A stretch of DNA of 62,906 nt, filler included, from Globobulimina sp. (taxonomy: Eukaryota), in the NCBI GenBank assembly GCA_003354225.1. It is 17 parts of 17 records of this genome, joined end to end, with 100 filler letters (N's around TTAATTAATTAA, not from the genome) between each part and the next. Parts side by side here need not be neighbours in the genome. Positions count along the whole stretch, not along the records: positions 22,251 to 25,857 come from PIVH01002412.1; positions 25,958 to 29,564 come from PIVH01002413.1; positions 29,665 to 33,271 come from PIVH01002414.1; positions 33,372 to 36,977 come from PIVH01002415.1; 13 more parts are not named here. One strand, given 5' to 3'. The position numbers and the translations under genes are program-made. Below are positions 22,251 to 35,274 of this stretch, piece by piece (the stretch's first letter is position 1; each line of letters starts with the position of its first letter). The notes beneath the pieces are model-generated. The model searched no databases. It was given only the letters and a program-made list of their open reading frames with translations, and had not been told where the DNA came from.

Positions 22251-23955
22251 TTTCAAATATTTGCTCTCCATTTCTTTCTTGCAACCGACCATTTTCTAGA
22301 TTTAAACTATTATTGCTTTGATTTATTTTTTTTATGGTCAATGATAATTCATTTGTCTGTGCTGTTAATCGTTGTTTTGTCGATTCAAAGCCTTGCATTT
22401 TGGCCTCTTTTTCAGTCAAATCTAAGGATATTTGATCAGTTTTTAATGTTAATTCTGCAAAGTCATTATTTAATTTTTCAAATACCACATCATTGGCAGT
22501 TTTTTCTTGTGCTAACTCTTGGATTTGATGACTTAATTTTCCGTTTGCTTTCTCCAACTCATTGATTCGCAATAAATGTTTTTCTTTTTCTTTTTCGATG
22601 GTTTTTTTATTATCAACCATAATAAATTCATGAGTCGAATTTTTCAATCTCTCAATTGTACTTTTTAATTCTTCATTTTCTTGAATCAACTGCGCCTTTG
22701 TTCGCACCGCATTGATTTTTGCTTTGTTTTGAATCTTTCTGCATTGCACTCCGAATCTTAAGGAACGGACTGTTTCATCCCGATTGAAAACATGCGGCGA
22801 GCAACATATAAGCAATGCAGTTTTGCAGTTGCCCCCTAATGAGTCTTTCAGCATAAACGTCAATTTAGAATCTTTAAAGGGAGGCAACTTGTTCTCGACT
22901 GCGGCCTCAATGACTCGCGACAAGGTACTTAGTGATAATAATATACTTTTGGCCTCCACTAATTGTTGACCCACAGCACCTGTTTTTTTTACTTTCTCAC
23001 TGCCGGCCAGGTCAGAAAAATTACCAACGCCGGTCCGCACCCCTTCAGCTGTCACGATCTTAACAATTAATTTCATCACCATATGGGATCGCGAAGATGT
23101 CGCATTTAAATTTGTGCCAGCAACAGTTCTACGCTTTGATGCCTCGCGTATCGCAATTAGAACTTGCTCAAAATTTTGTACTTCGAGTCTTTTTACATTT
23201 GTAGTAATCACTCTCCATTCTCGCTTCTTAACATCTTTATGATAATCAATGCATTGTTCTCGAATTTGTGGCTTGTGACTTAAATCAAGTAAATCTTTAA
23301 GTTTCTCATTGTAGATCTCAATAAATTCGCATTCAACGGTATAGGACAACATCCCTTCCACTAATTGATGGTTTTTATTATTTAATATTTCAAATATGTA
23401 GCAACATGCTCGCGGAATAATACCCATTGATTCACGATCCATGGATATTGAGTCTTTCTTCTCTTCGGGACCATACATGGTATGAGTCTTACCGCTGCCT
23501 GATTGACCATAGACAAATACTGTACCATTGTATCCCTGGATTATTTCATTGCATATTTGTTGTGCTACTTTCTCAAAGGCTTGTTCTTGGCTTGTTTTTT
23601 CATCCATTAATGCATCAAAATAACTGTGTTGTGTGTGTTGTGTATATATTTACTATATTTATATATTATATGTACATATTGGTTACGTACAATTTCGATT
23701 TTTTCTTTTTAAATGTTATGTTGTTTTCCCCATGTTCCTGGATGCCATATAATGACAATTGATTACTTATCATATTGATTCCTACATCTTTTTCTTGCAA
23801 TGTTGCCCACGGCTCTGTTTGTTTTGCTTTTTTTTGTTCTGATTTGTTGGTCGGTCGAAATCTGTTTAATAGTCCATACTATGTTGTTTCCACACATATA
23901 TGCCACAGTACACAACACACCTCACCATGACCCGAACTGATTCATTTGTAGCCAT
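22251..23955 (-). CDS. Kinesin motor protein (N-terminal motor + coiled coil; spliced 5' exons; 3' truncated)
   Basis: MATNESVRVMV|RFRP start; GYNGTVFVYGQSGSGKTHTM P-loop; NATSSRSH; DLAGSEK; DSLGGNCKT. Confidence 0.95.
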
Positions 23956-24020
23956 GTTCTCTAAAAATGTGAAAAAAACACTACCAATACTTTCATCAAA
24001 CTGTTTTTGCTATCTCACAA

Positions 24021-25802
24021 ATGGCGGACTCCTATTCAACTATACTACAAGATTCAGATAAAACTAGCATTCTAATCAATCCATTTACTGTATCAGTGCA
24101 AAATCAAAAGAAAAAGACAGAAAACTATCCCCTGTTAAATGATAAAAATCATAGGTCATACGGCAAACATCAACTAAACAACCATCAAAGTTCTCAGCTT
24201 GAACATGGAAAAAATGATGTAGCCAAGAAAAAGGACAAGAATGACGAAGGAAATCCAGATTATACAGAGTATAGAGGTATATCCCGACTACTTGACAAAT
24301 ATTTTAAAATAAGGGAAAGAGGATCAAGCATAGCAACGGAATTACGTGGCGGTACAGTTGGCTTTTTAACTTTAGCCTACATTGTTTTATTAAATCCGCA
24401 AGTCTTATCTGTATCTGGTATACCTTATGAATATGCTGCATCCTCCACCTGCTTAGCCTCATGTATAGCTACATTGATTTGTGGCGTATTTGGGAATATA
24501 CCGGTTGGCTGTGGTCCGGGTGTTGGATTATCTGCATATTTCTCATACGGTATGATGCCACAAATGATAGAGAGTAGTCCGAGTACAGACAGTGTAGAGC
24601 CTTATTTGCCTGGCTTATTCATGGCATTCTTATCCGGTGCTATCGTATTTGTATTGACTATCCCCGGCATTGTGACATGGATTGTAAACAGTTTACCTCA
24701 TTTTATTAAGGTGGCAACTATTGTTGGGATGGGATTATTTTTAGCATTTGTTGGTATGGTTGATGTTGGATTAGTGACCGCAGCAAATGGCGAATCAGGT
24801 GGTGCCATTTTGCAAATGGGCGATATCACCTCATGGATAATATGGTTGTCCTTAATCAATTGTTTAGGCATTGCAACTTTGAAATATTTTCGAATTAATG
24901 GTGCTTTGTTAATTTGTATTATATTAACATCCATTGCATATTTTGCTATCTCTGCGAAATGGCCGACTCAATTTGTTAATATACCCACTTTTCAGAACCC
25001 ATTGTTAGTGTTATCCTCGCAGACTATCAAACATTTACCACTGCAAACTGCAATTGAATCAATTATCTCATTTGTATTGATATTATTTTTAGATGTATCT
25101 GGTGTGACATTTGCCATTGCGAAGCTGTGTGGTTTATCCGATAATAAGCAAACATTAATTTCATTCCAAAAGTCGGCTTTTATCGGCACTTCCATTGGTT
25201 CCATGATTGCTGCTGTTTTAGGTCAGTCATATTATATTATATCTCCTTGCACTTACTTATATATTAATAGATATACATATTAATTGATAGGATGTTCCCC
25301 AATCATCGTATGCATAGAAACATCATCCGCCGCAGCAGCGGGTGCAAGAACGGGATTGTCAGCGATCGTGATATCTTTCTATTTCTTGCTAGCAATGTTT
25401 TTAGGTCCGGTGATTGGAACAGTACCACCCGCTGCAACGTCACCGGTATTGATATTTATAGGAACTTTAATGATGAATCAGGTGGGACAAATTGCATGGG
25501 ATAATATGAGAATTGCAATTCCTGCTTTTTTTTGCATTTCAATGATGCCATTTACTTATTCAATCTCAAATGGCTTATTCTTCGGTGTGATTTCATATTT
25601 TTTAGCATGGTTATCAACGGGACAATTTTTAAATAAATGGTTGACTAAAAATGGCGGACAATCATTTGATGAAAAATTACAATATTCAAATGTCACAAAT
25701 CCAATAAAAATGAAAAAGGAAATGGATTATTCCGAGATTGTGCATGAATATGAACATTCCTATTATAATGAGAATAGTAATACACACATTCAACAAAAAT
25801 AA
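24021..25802 (+). CDS. AzgA-like/NCS2 purine (adenine/guanine/hypoxanthine) permease; intron about 25222-25290
   Basis: YFKIRERGSSIATELRGG, GPGVGLSAYF, GMGLFLAFVG, IETSSAAAAGARTGL and MPFTYSISNG are AzgA-family motifs. Confidence 0.9.
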
Positions 25803-26030
25803 GTTGTGAAGTCGATGATGATGATGATGGCAATATTTGACCTTTTTTTGAAATTAANNNNNNNNNNNNNNNNNNNNNNNNNNNNNNNNNNNNNNNNNNN
25901 NTTAATTAATTAANNNNNNNNNNNNNNNNNNNNNNNNNNNNNNNNNNNNNNNNNNNNCAAATGGTACAATAATACACAATTCAACATACAAAAAAACAAA
26001 AATATGCAAACACAAACAGTACATCACACA

Positions 26031-26873
26031 TTAACACGTATTCAATATGCTGCTATACCGTGAAATCTTTAATTTATAATAAACAGAGTCAAATCTATCA
26101 AATTTAATGCTTATTTTAGTTTTACTTTTGTCATTAATTTTGAGCTTAAATGTTTTCTCTTCGCCAAATAAGTTTATTACAAATTTAATTGCTGCCTTTT
26201 GTTGATATGAGATTTGAAAATAAAATGTTTTTTCATACCAATATATTTGTTGAATACCAATATATTTACGATTGTTTAATAATATATGCTTTGCGTTTGG
26301 TGCAGTAACCAGCCATTCCAATTTCTCTTTGCAATCTATATTTAATATGTAAATATTTGTGAGAGGTTTCCGATATACCATTGAATTCAGTTTATATTCA
26401 ATTGACAGTATTTTTGTATTCCAAATGACATGTAATGTTTCGATTTGATTTGCATGAATCTGATGGTCGAATAAAGTATGTTTTATGCAAAGTTTGTGTG
26501 TGCCGAGCCGGAATCGCATCGTCCACGATTTGCTAACTTCGCTACAATATAAATTTAACTGCATCGACACATCTTTAATAAGTTGTGATAATTTGGCAGT
26601 TTCAATACTGAATGTACAGAGATTTGGGTAATTATCAACTATCCAACATTTCAATACACAGTAACTATTGATCCAACATCTTTTACTTTCTCTGCGTAAA
26701 TATGCGTACTGTTTTCGTGAAAAAATAAAATCAAATCTAACAAAAAATAATACAATCAAATCAATAATATCTTGCGGAATATAGGTAGTTTGGCCATGAA
26801 TGCGAAGGAAATTTGAAACAACAAGTTCTTGATTCTTTGATCGAAGCAGAGAACCTGTCACAGACTTTGACAT
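26031..26873 (-). CDS. Hypothetical protein (lineage-specific family, N-terminal 'IPQDIIDLIVLF' motif)
   Basis: 280-aa ORF; N-terminal motif similar to those of the SPRY-like proteins at 41703 and 51933. Confidence 0.6.
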   Translation of the reverse strand: MSKSVTGSLLRSKNQELVVSNFLRIHGQTTYIPQDIIDLIVLFFVRFDFIFSRKQYAYLRRESKRCWINSYCVLKCWIVDNYPNLCTFSIETAKLSQLIKDVSMQLNLYCSEVSKSWTMRFRLGTHKLCIKHTLFDHQIHANQIETLHVIWNTKILSIEYKLNSMVYRKPLTNIYILNIDCKEKLEWLVTAPNAKHILLNNRKYIGIQQIYWYEKTFYFQISYQQKAAIKFVINLFGEEKTFKLKINDKSKTKISIKFDRFDSVYYKLKISRYSSILNTC

Positions 26874-26998
26874 CAAAATGTCACCGACTATTTTTCATGC
26901 AGCTGCCATTCTGTTTTTTGTTAAAGTTTTTGCACGGCACATCACCTCTTGTCTACATCTGCGGTTGCAACCAAAACCAAAACTAAAGACCCGCAGCA

Positions 26999-29564
26999 AT
27001 GCCGGCCGTGCGAGGTTTAGAAGATTACCTACGGACTCTAGAAATAGTCGAACCACGGCCATTGCACGAACTGCAAGACACAATCATTGGCGTGGACGTC
27101 TTCCAATGGCTACGTTCGAATAATTTCATTTGCAAAGAAGCACTGCATTCGGCCTTAGGCGGCCTACCAATCACTTTGGAACAGCAAGCACATCAACAAC
27201 TGTTTGAATTCCATAAATGGCGCATCCATCCACTATTTGTCTTCAACGGCTTAAAATATTCACAGAATGCGAGAGCCCCATTCTCTTCCTCGCGTTCTCG
27301 CAAATATGCAGCCAAACGCAAGCAAGCCTGGAAATCCATGCAAAACGACAACATCCAGAAAGCCATCGACTTATTCTCCCAGATATCTGGCTATGTTTCA
27401 ATCAGCGCCCAAGACGACTTAATCCGGATCTTCTCGCGTTGGAACGCGCTGATTCCACAACGCAACCAATCACTACACGCGCAATATCTGCAAAGACAAA
27501 AAGAAGCCACAGCGGCACTGGAAGCGGTGAAAGAGCCCAATTATTTCAAGCCCATTTCGTGGATTCGAGCGCCATACTATGCGGCGAGCCAGATGGCGTA
27601 CTTGGAGTCACAGGAACAAATGTTACACGCTGTCTGCGGCGGTTGTGACTTGCTGATGTTTGGCGGCGAGAAAGTGATATTAAACATTGATTTTTCAACC
27701 TCCAGCTACGAAGTGACTGACTTAGAAAAGGTGTTATATGCTTTGGGAGTGGATGCCAATCCATATTGCTTCATCGATTCCTGTTTGTTGTCTGGTTTTG
27801 ACGCCTCGCGCACCTTCGAACCGCTGACGTACAGCAAACTGAGCTCTTTGGCTGATACTGCTGCGGTGGGCAGGAATGGAGTGAAAGGGAGGGCGATGCG
27901 GCGCAATTTCAGTTATCAATGTATGTCATATTCTGTTTTGAAGTGAATATAAAATATGTAAAGCATCCTTGCGCTGTTTGATGGTGAATCAGATTCATTG
28001 GATCAAGTCTTGAAGAAAGGAGATGGCGTTTCAGTGATTGATGAGTATTTGTGTACGTTCAATGACAGCGCTTCGACGGCGAGCTATAACTCCAACTTTT
28101 CGGCCTCGACCATAGCTTCCCGAATGAGTACGCGGTCCATGCACTCCGTTGGCGGTCAATCTGCGCGTTCCATAAAGACGACTCGTTCTGCAATGTCAGT
28201 GCGAGGATATCAGGCGGCGACGAATCAGAGCTCGCGCGATGTCACAGGGAACATTGACAAGATATTGCAGCATATGCTGACCGTCACAAATGAGCACGAA
28301 TCGGATGATCGAACTGCAGCGGACAATGACCAGAATGATGCGAATGATGTCGGAGATGGGGAGGAGGAGAAAATGGAGAATCCGAAGTATAGAGAATATT
28401 TAAATCTATATTTTGTGGTTCGGGAACGGGTTTGCAATGCAAAAGTGCTGTCATTTAATGGAGAGACCAAAGTGTACCGACCGTTTAAATGGATGAATGA
28501 GCAGTTATTAAAGTTGAAAGACGCACAATTGACACAAGAACGTGGCGACAAAGAGAGTGAGGCAGCAGCGGAAGAGAAGTGTGATGAGCATATTCCATCC
28601 AATGTGTATAGGTTGTTGGGAGTGGGCGTTTTGTCCACTTTCCTGCCCTCTGCCATATTGGGCGGGCATTTGATAGACACCACGCCTTTGATTGACAGCC
28701 AGCAGCTGGAGACCTGCATGAATTCGGTGCTGCCGCTCAGGAAGAGAGTGTTGGACATTTTGCAGCATGCCTTTGGTACAAAGAATGACATCTCATTGCA
28801 ACGCTGGTTCCAGCCCAATAGGGACAAATGGATTACTTTCAATGCTGAGTTTGCAGAGAAATGGGTGGTGGGATTCAAATATTGTTTGAATGTCATCTTC
28901 AATGAGAAAATCAACAAAATCGTCAAATCGCAGGCGATTACGTTGGTGACACCGCTGAAGATGTTGGCGCAAATTCGAAGTAACAAAAACATTTCGAATC
29001 AGCTGTTTAAGGATGGAACGACGTCATTGAGCCAGTCGCCAGCATGGAATGTGCCGAAAATAACGCATATATCACAGGTACTGACTGCGGCGTATTGCGG
29101 CACATTAATCACTTTGGGTTTGCTCGAAAGTGGCAACGAATGCAAGCTATCCGCAGTCGGGCAGAGTTTGTCGAAAATAGATAAGTTTGAATTTGAGACG
29201 GTTTTAGCCATTGAAATGCTGAAAAATGAGGACTTATCGGAGAAAGTGTTGACTTTAATTGATGAGAATGGCAAAATCTATCAAATTGATTCCTTGCTAA
29301 ACCAGAAATTTTGCAAAACGAATATTAATCACAACTTAGTGTCGAAGCGGAGAACCATGAGACTGTTGACGAGGATTTGCAGCATACTGCCGATGCGGCC
29401 ATTTATCGATGGTAAGAAAGCGTGGCAGAGCAAGTTATCCCATTCATTGGCTGCATTCAATCATATTACGACTACGTACCATCACAGTATCAAAAACTGC
29501 ATCGAGTCGGCAATCACTTGGTTGTATTGCCATGGCCAGCCGTTGGATAATAATGAGATGATTT
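26999..29564 (+). CDS. MKT1: Mkt1-like post-transcriptional regulator (XPG/PIN-like fold); intron 27921-27992; 3' truncated
   Basis: RGLEDYL, IGVD, ALGGLP, PLFVFNGL, APYYAASQMAYL and DLLMFG are characteristic of the Mkt1 N-terminus. Confidence 0.8.
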
Positions 29565-29664
29565 NNNNNNNNNNNNNNNNNNNNNNNNNNNNNNNNNNNN
29601 NNNNNNNNTTAATTAATTAANNNNNNNNNNNNNNNNNNNNNNNNNNNNNNNNNNNNNNNNNNNN

Positions 29665-30382
29665 CGTTTGTGAATTTACTTTATCGCTGATTATGTTGGT
29701 GATAAATTATGTTGGCACCAACAGAATGATTAGTGGAATGGAATGGGAAACACTCGATGGCATCGGTTATGATATTTATTTAGCATTTAATATTTTCAAT
29801 TTATTCGTTAATTTGCTTTTATTGTTTTTATTTACATGGAAAGTGCTGACATTAAATAAAAATATAATGGAAACAAATGAATTTCAAAATGCAAAAATAA
29901 AAATTAATTTAATGCATCCTGTTGTGGTGTATATGATTTGTTTGAGTTTAGCTGTCATGTCGACATTAATGGTTACATTTTTTGGATTCACTCAGTCCAA
30001 TTTATACGTTGCTACAAACCATTCATTTTCGGCACATTTGGCATTGCTTTCATGGGACGTGTTTATTAATTGTTTGTCATTAAATTTACAATTTAGATCA
30101 TCAGAAAAACTGTTTGCTGTATGTTGTGGCTGCTGCTATGATCATTTAATGGCAATGTTCATTCGGAATACCATTGTAAATAAAAATAAGCCTTTGACAT
30201 ATAAAGCTATTCAGTTGATGATAGATGATAAATTGCACAGAAAACAACCGGACAGAAAACAGCCGGACATAACTAGTACCTCAGCAACCACCGGTAACAC
30301 AACAATAGGTTCGAGTGCAACTGCGGATACATCAATTATTACAAAATATAATCAAGATACTGTTCAAGAAATCGCATCTTAA
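29665..30382 (+). CDS. Multi-pass membrane protein, GPCR-like C-terminal half (5' truncated)
   Basis: Three to four hydrophobic helices, DVFINCLSL in the last TM, and a Cys cluster CCGCC after it. Confidence 0.55.
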
Positions 30383-30559
30383 ATCCTATTGGTTTCCGTT
30401 TCACCACTGTGAATTTCATTGTATAGTGTGTGTTTGTTCCAATGTTATGTTCGTTGGATTTAATGATTATTGTTTGTGAGATTTGTGTATATAAACAGTT
30501 CGCCCGTTAGACTAGTTTGCATTAATTCATATTTCCAGTGGACGAGCTTATTTTGAACA

Positions 30560-32812
30560 ATGTCAACTAAAGCAGATAATTGTTCATGTGGCAAGTGTAA
30601 ATTCGTCAACGTTAGAAATCATTGTATAACAAATTGTTGTGAACATGTTCAGTTAGTTTATGTCTCCAATGGTAAATATTTCAAGATGAATAAACATACA
30701 TTAGAATATACTCACAAATACATTAATATCGATAATTCCAAAATAAGTAAACAATGTATCAATATTGACGAAGAATTAAATATAGCATATATCTGGAATA
30801 TAAAATTTGAACCGTTGCAACAGAATTTCGTACTAAAATTTAAAAACAACAACGCCGAAGCAACAGAAAAGAAACTAAAACACACAGAAGAGTCGTATCT
30901 AAAGAAGAAAGTGGATGATTTGTTATCTTTTATTCTCAATCATTGCCATGCACAACAATATGACATGGATAGTGTTTCTCTATTATTACAGCATAAAATC
31001 CAGCAAATATTCAAATATCACATTGAAGAGAACCCAGCGATCACCGATGAAAAAACTGTAATAACATCCTCCAAATCGAAATTATTTTTTGTAATCGCAT
31101 TAGATTTATGCTATGAAAATATCATAAAAGCCAACAAATACGACATAAATTATAGTTTAGCTCGATTGGATAAAATAATTCTATATAGAATCAATTATTT
31201 TACTGTGACGCGAACGTTTTTTGGCCAGACACTCGAAATAAATCCGAGTACAAATAATTTCAATCAATTGGCGTGGACTGAGATATATTTTGATAAACGA
31301 TGCGAAAATTTGCTATCGATGCCTCTTGAAAATGATAACATGCCATTTATATTTCGATACATTGTCGATGATATGAAGCAAATATTAGGTGATAAGCAGT
31401 GCAGTTATGACATTGAGCAGCAATTGAATATAAAACGTCTATTGATTGAAAACAGAAATAAAATGTTAACATTGGCCACTAATTATAACAGAAACAGCAA
31501 CGCTTTGTATCTACTTAACAATATCGACAAATGTACTGCAAAAAAGCAAACAAAGCCAAGAAAAATCAAAATCAAAATGCAAAATACATCATCGAGTTGG
31601 ATAAAATGCCCATCTTCGAATTCTCACTCATCAGACAACAATTATAACGATGAAAAAACAGAAATAACTGAAATAATACAGAGTTATTACAACGATAATC
31701 GGTCATTGATTCCATGGATGAATAAGATAAATCACATAAATATAAATACTGTAAATTCAACGCATTCTTTCAATAAAACTGTACCTATTTACAATCAGAT
31801 CACCGGTGGTAAATGTTATGAAATTGAATCGAGAGCAAAAACATCGCAAATCCATACAACTTCATATTTTTCATCGTATTTAAATTATGTTAAGAACATA
31901 TTTTATTTGAACTCAGCGTCCATTTACGAGAATATATTCATATATTTAGATGGTCAAAGTATACTAAATGGACTTATGTGTACTTGCAAAAAATTGCATT
32001 ATTTTAAATTTATGGATGAATCCAAAATATGGCATATGTTGTTACAGCGCGATTTCCCCAAATTGTATAAGAGAAAGTTTATGTATTTGTACATTCCGTA
32101 TGTTAATATTCGATATGCTTCGTTTGATGCCACCATTTTGCAGCGAGCGAAGGAGAAACAATTATATTTCAATAAAATTAGAAGCGATAAATTCTGGATG
32201 TTACTATTTAATTTACGCGATATCAATTTAGAGGTAATGGAAAATGATGAAATTGAATGTTTATGGAAACAGATTGAATGGAAAGATTTATTGGTTGGTA
32301 AGAACAATGATTATGGGTTTGGAGCATATAGGAAATTGACAAAATTGCGATTTGATCGATATATTATGTCATTTGGCGAGGATACATTGCCGACGAATGA
32401 GGTGATTGACAATTTTTGTAACGCGATTCGTAAAAACATGCGATCTGGAAAAGCCACCATTTATTTAAATCCATGGATTTCGAAGAAAAGATTGGTTCAA
32501 TGGACGCGAAGACGCATTTTATGGCTAAGTCAATATAAGCAATGTTGGGCTGTATCGGCATCGAATGAATATTTTGCGGAGGAAATGAAAAAAATACCGC
32601 AAATTATTCAGTTGATTGGAAAAATACAATTTCAAAATGGCAGACGGTTCAAACCACGGCCTGGCTGGGTACCTTTTCTACAGACATTTGATCCGACTGT
32701 TTCTACGTATAAGGACGTCAAAGATGGCTGGTTCCAAAAACAGTTTCTCTTGAATGAGATGGAAAATCGATTGAAAAATATGCGAAGTTTGATTCAAATT
32801 GTCAGGCAATGA
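30560..32812 (+). CDS. 750-aa protein with an internal F-box-like motif
   Basis: Intact ORF; SIYENIFIYLDGQSILNGLMCTCKK...IWHMLLQRDFP is F-box-like. Confidence 0.6.
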   Translation: MSTKADNCSCGKCKFVNVRNHCITNCCEHVQLVYVSNGKYFKMNKHTLEYTHKYINIDNSKISKQCINIDEELNIAYIWNIKFEPLQQNFVLKFKNNNAEATEKKLKHTEESYLKKKVDDLLSFILNHCHAQQYDMDSVSLLLQHKIQQIFKYHIEENPAITDEKTVITSSKSKLFFVIALDLCYENIIKANKYDINYSLARLDKIILYRINYFTVTRTFFGQTLEINPSTNNFNQLAWTEIYFDKRCENLLSMPLENDNMPFIFRYIVDDMKQILGDKQCSYDIEQQLNIKRLLIENRNKMLTLATNYNRNSNALYLLNNIDKCTAKKQTKPRKIKIKMQNTSSSWIKCPSSNSHSSDNNYNDEKTEITEIIQSYYNDNRSLIPWMNKINHININTVNSTHSFNKTVPIYNQITGGKCYEIESRAKTSQIHTTSYFSSYLNYVKNIFYLNSASIYENIFIYLDGQSILNGLMCTCKKLHYFKFMDESKIWHMLLQRDFPKLYKRKFMYLYIPYVNIRYASFDATILQRAKEKQLYFNKIRSDKFWMLLFNLRDINLEVMENDEIECLWKQIEWKDLLVGKNNDYGFGAYRKLTKLRFDRYIMSFGEDTLPTNEVIDNFCNAIRKNMRSGKATIYLNPWISKKRLVQWTRRRILWLSQYKQCWAVSASNEYFAEEMKKIPQIIQLIGKIQFQNGRRFKPRPGWVPFLQTFDPTVSTYKDVKDGWFQKQFLLNEMENRLKNMRSLIQIVRQ

Positions 32813-32971
32813 GTTTTTTGTATGAATTGTTTTATGAATTGTATATCTTTAATTAATTAAAATAGTTTTTTAATGGTCTGAGGGTTTATGTAATAAAATC
32901 AACAATAATATAAAACAAAAACTTTTCTTAGTCAGTTGAGCATGGCTTCGAGCTAATCAATACCGGCCATC

Positions 32972-33271
32972 ATGATCAAAAATAAGAATGTGAGAAAGCG
33001 CAAAGACATTTTACCAATCACACCAACCTCATATGTGTCTTCCAAGTCAAAAAAGAAAAATGTATCAAAGATGCTTGGTCATAAATCGATTGCAATCATT
33101 GGGTTTGTAATCATTGTCATACTTTTTATCGCCACTCTTTATTATCGATATGGCTTAGTCGAATCTGATAAAACATTGCAACTCGTCTTTGCTCGATATA
33201 ATGAGCAACAGCAACGAATTCAAAATCAAGAAAGTGAATTAAATCATTTTCGTGAAAAAATACGAAATTTA
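32972..33271 (+). CDS. Type II membrane protein N-terminus (3' truncated)
   Basis: Basic N-terminus, one TM helix (IAIIGFVIIVILFIATLYY), then coiled coil. Confidence 0.55.
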
Positions 33272-33371
33272 NNNNNNNNNNNNNNNNNNNNNNNNNNNNN
33301 NNNNNNNNNNNNNNNTTAATTAATTAANNNNNNNNNNNNNNNNNNNNNNNNNNNNNNNNNNNNNNNNNNNN

Positions 33372-35183
33372 AGAATTAAAGGGCAGACTGACGAGGAAAA
33401 GGCGACCAGTGACAAGCGCAGGAAAGAAGGGATCAGTATTAATGAGTCTTTATCTGCGTTGACGCGCTGTATTAATTCATTGGTGAAAGGCGAGCATCCG
33501 GGCTACAGAGACAGCCCTTTGACCCATGTGTTGCAGGACTCATTGGGCGGCAATTCCAAGACTACACTGCTGGTTTGTGCCAGTCCTCACATTTACAATA
33601 GAGTTTAGTTGACTTTATATCTACATTAAATCTGAATGTTGCAGTGCTTGTTTTGTGCAGAGTGAGACAATACGAACCCTGCGGTTTGCGGCTACAGCCA
33701 AGGAGGTCAAAAACAAGGCTAAAATCAATCAAACTTTGTCCATTAAGGCGTTGCAGAAGAAAATTAAAGAATTGACTGCAGAAAACGCGCAATTGAAGAC
33801 AGAATTGGCGCTGTCAAGAGGCAAAATGAGGAATGCAACCGGCCGGAGATCGGTGGCAGGTTTGGCTGATAGTTCTGGAGATGGTGACCTCAATTACTTG
33901 GCCTATAGCAATGCAGCTGCGCCCAAAGCCAATGTGACATTGAATTATCAGACGGCGAGACTGTTCCCTGCCGGTGCCGCCGCTGAAAATATGTTTACTC
34001 AGAGTCGTGGCCGAACTGTTTCACTGCATAGTAACGATTCAGTGGCAGACGCATTGGGGGATCCTGCTGATGAGTTTCAAGCGTTATCGGCAGCTGTCTC
34101 TATAGCAGAGCAGCAAATGGTTATTGAATCTCAACAGTATATGCGACAGATTGCGAACTTGAATGAGTCATTACAGAAAGAAGTGGCAAATTCGAAGGAG
34201 TTGACTGATAAAACAGAACGGCAAAACTTGGAATTGGACAAAGCTGAAGGAACTATCGCTCATTTGAGAGCAGAAAATGACGATAAAGTTGTTAAGTGTT
34301 ATAATGCAGAAAAGGAAGTTGATAAATTGGAGAAAGAGCTGAACGAATTGAGGTGTTTATATACAAAGTTATTACAAACAAATATACAGACAAATAACAT
34401 GTTATATTTTGGGTAAGGTTTACATTGAAAGATTATAAAAGGAATTTCCCTGAATTTAAGGCCCGGAAATATGTCCATAATGAAAATGATTCATCGGCTA
34501 TTGACAGAGCAGGCAGCGATATCGAGGATAATAATTTAGCGGTTCCTGAGGATGCAGCCATGCGAATGACCAAAGATTCTATGGATATACAGGTGGAAAC
34601 ATTGGAGAAATATCTATCATCGTTGGGTACGACACAGACAGATTTGACGCAGTTTACGGATAAGATATCCTCGCAAGTTAACATGTTGCCGGAGATCAAG
34701 GCACAATTTACAGAGAAATATGAAAAAACGGCAGAGTTTTATGACGATATAAGCAAGAAAACGAATAATTTACAGTCTCAGATATCGTCAATGCGGTTTA
34801 TTTTGGAGAATTTAGCTAGGAATTACGATGAGGATCGGGAGAGATTGGCGTTGTTTTATAACAGTGGCTCTGAGGAGCGCAGTATGACTGGCATTGTGCA
34901 TCAGACATTTGATACTAATCAACAGATTGGCGATGAAATAATTGGATCCAAACCGTCGTGTTTGTCGTCGGTGTTTTATTGCGGTGGAGATAATGATAAG
35001 GAGCTCAAAGGGGATATGGATAAGGACAGAGCAATGAAACAGCAACATAGAAATAGTAATTCTCGGCTTCAGAATAGTTATGATTATGGCCATGCGAGTT
35101 ATGCACGGAAATCGAGATTAAGAAAGAAAGGTAAAATGAAACAAAAAAGGAACCGGAATACCAGTCTTGGTTCATATTCATGA
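33372..35183 (+). CDS. Kinesin, motor C-terminus + coiled-coil tail (5' truncated); introns 33603-33660 and 34353-34417
   Basis: EGISINESLSAL...YRDSPLTHVLQDSLGGNSKTTLLVCASP...|SETIRTLRFA; the introns restore the frame. Confidence 0.9.
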
Positions 35184-35274
35184 ATAATTCGTCACGGATA
35201 TGATGTGTATATCTATTGTTGTCTCTCATGTTTTGAATGTTTTTATGTTCCTGAAAAAAACTTTATTATTAATC

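Noticed and set aside
28225-28992. Long antisense ORFs (also 5237..5854, 53877..54383, 56613..57122)
   Set aside because: They are shadows of well-supported genes on the opposite strand and show no recognisable motifs.
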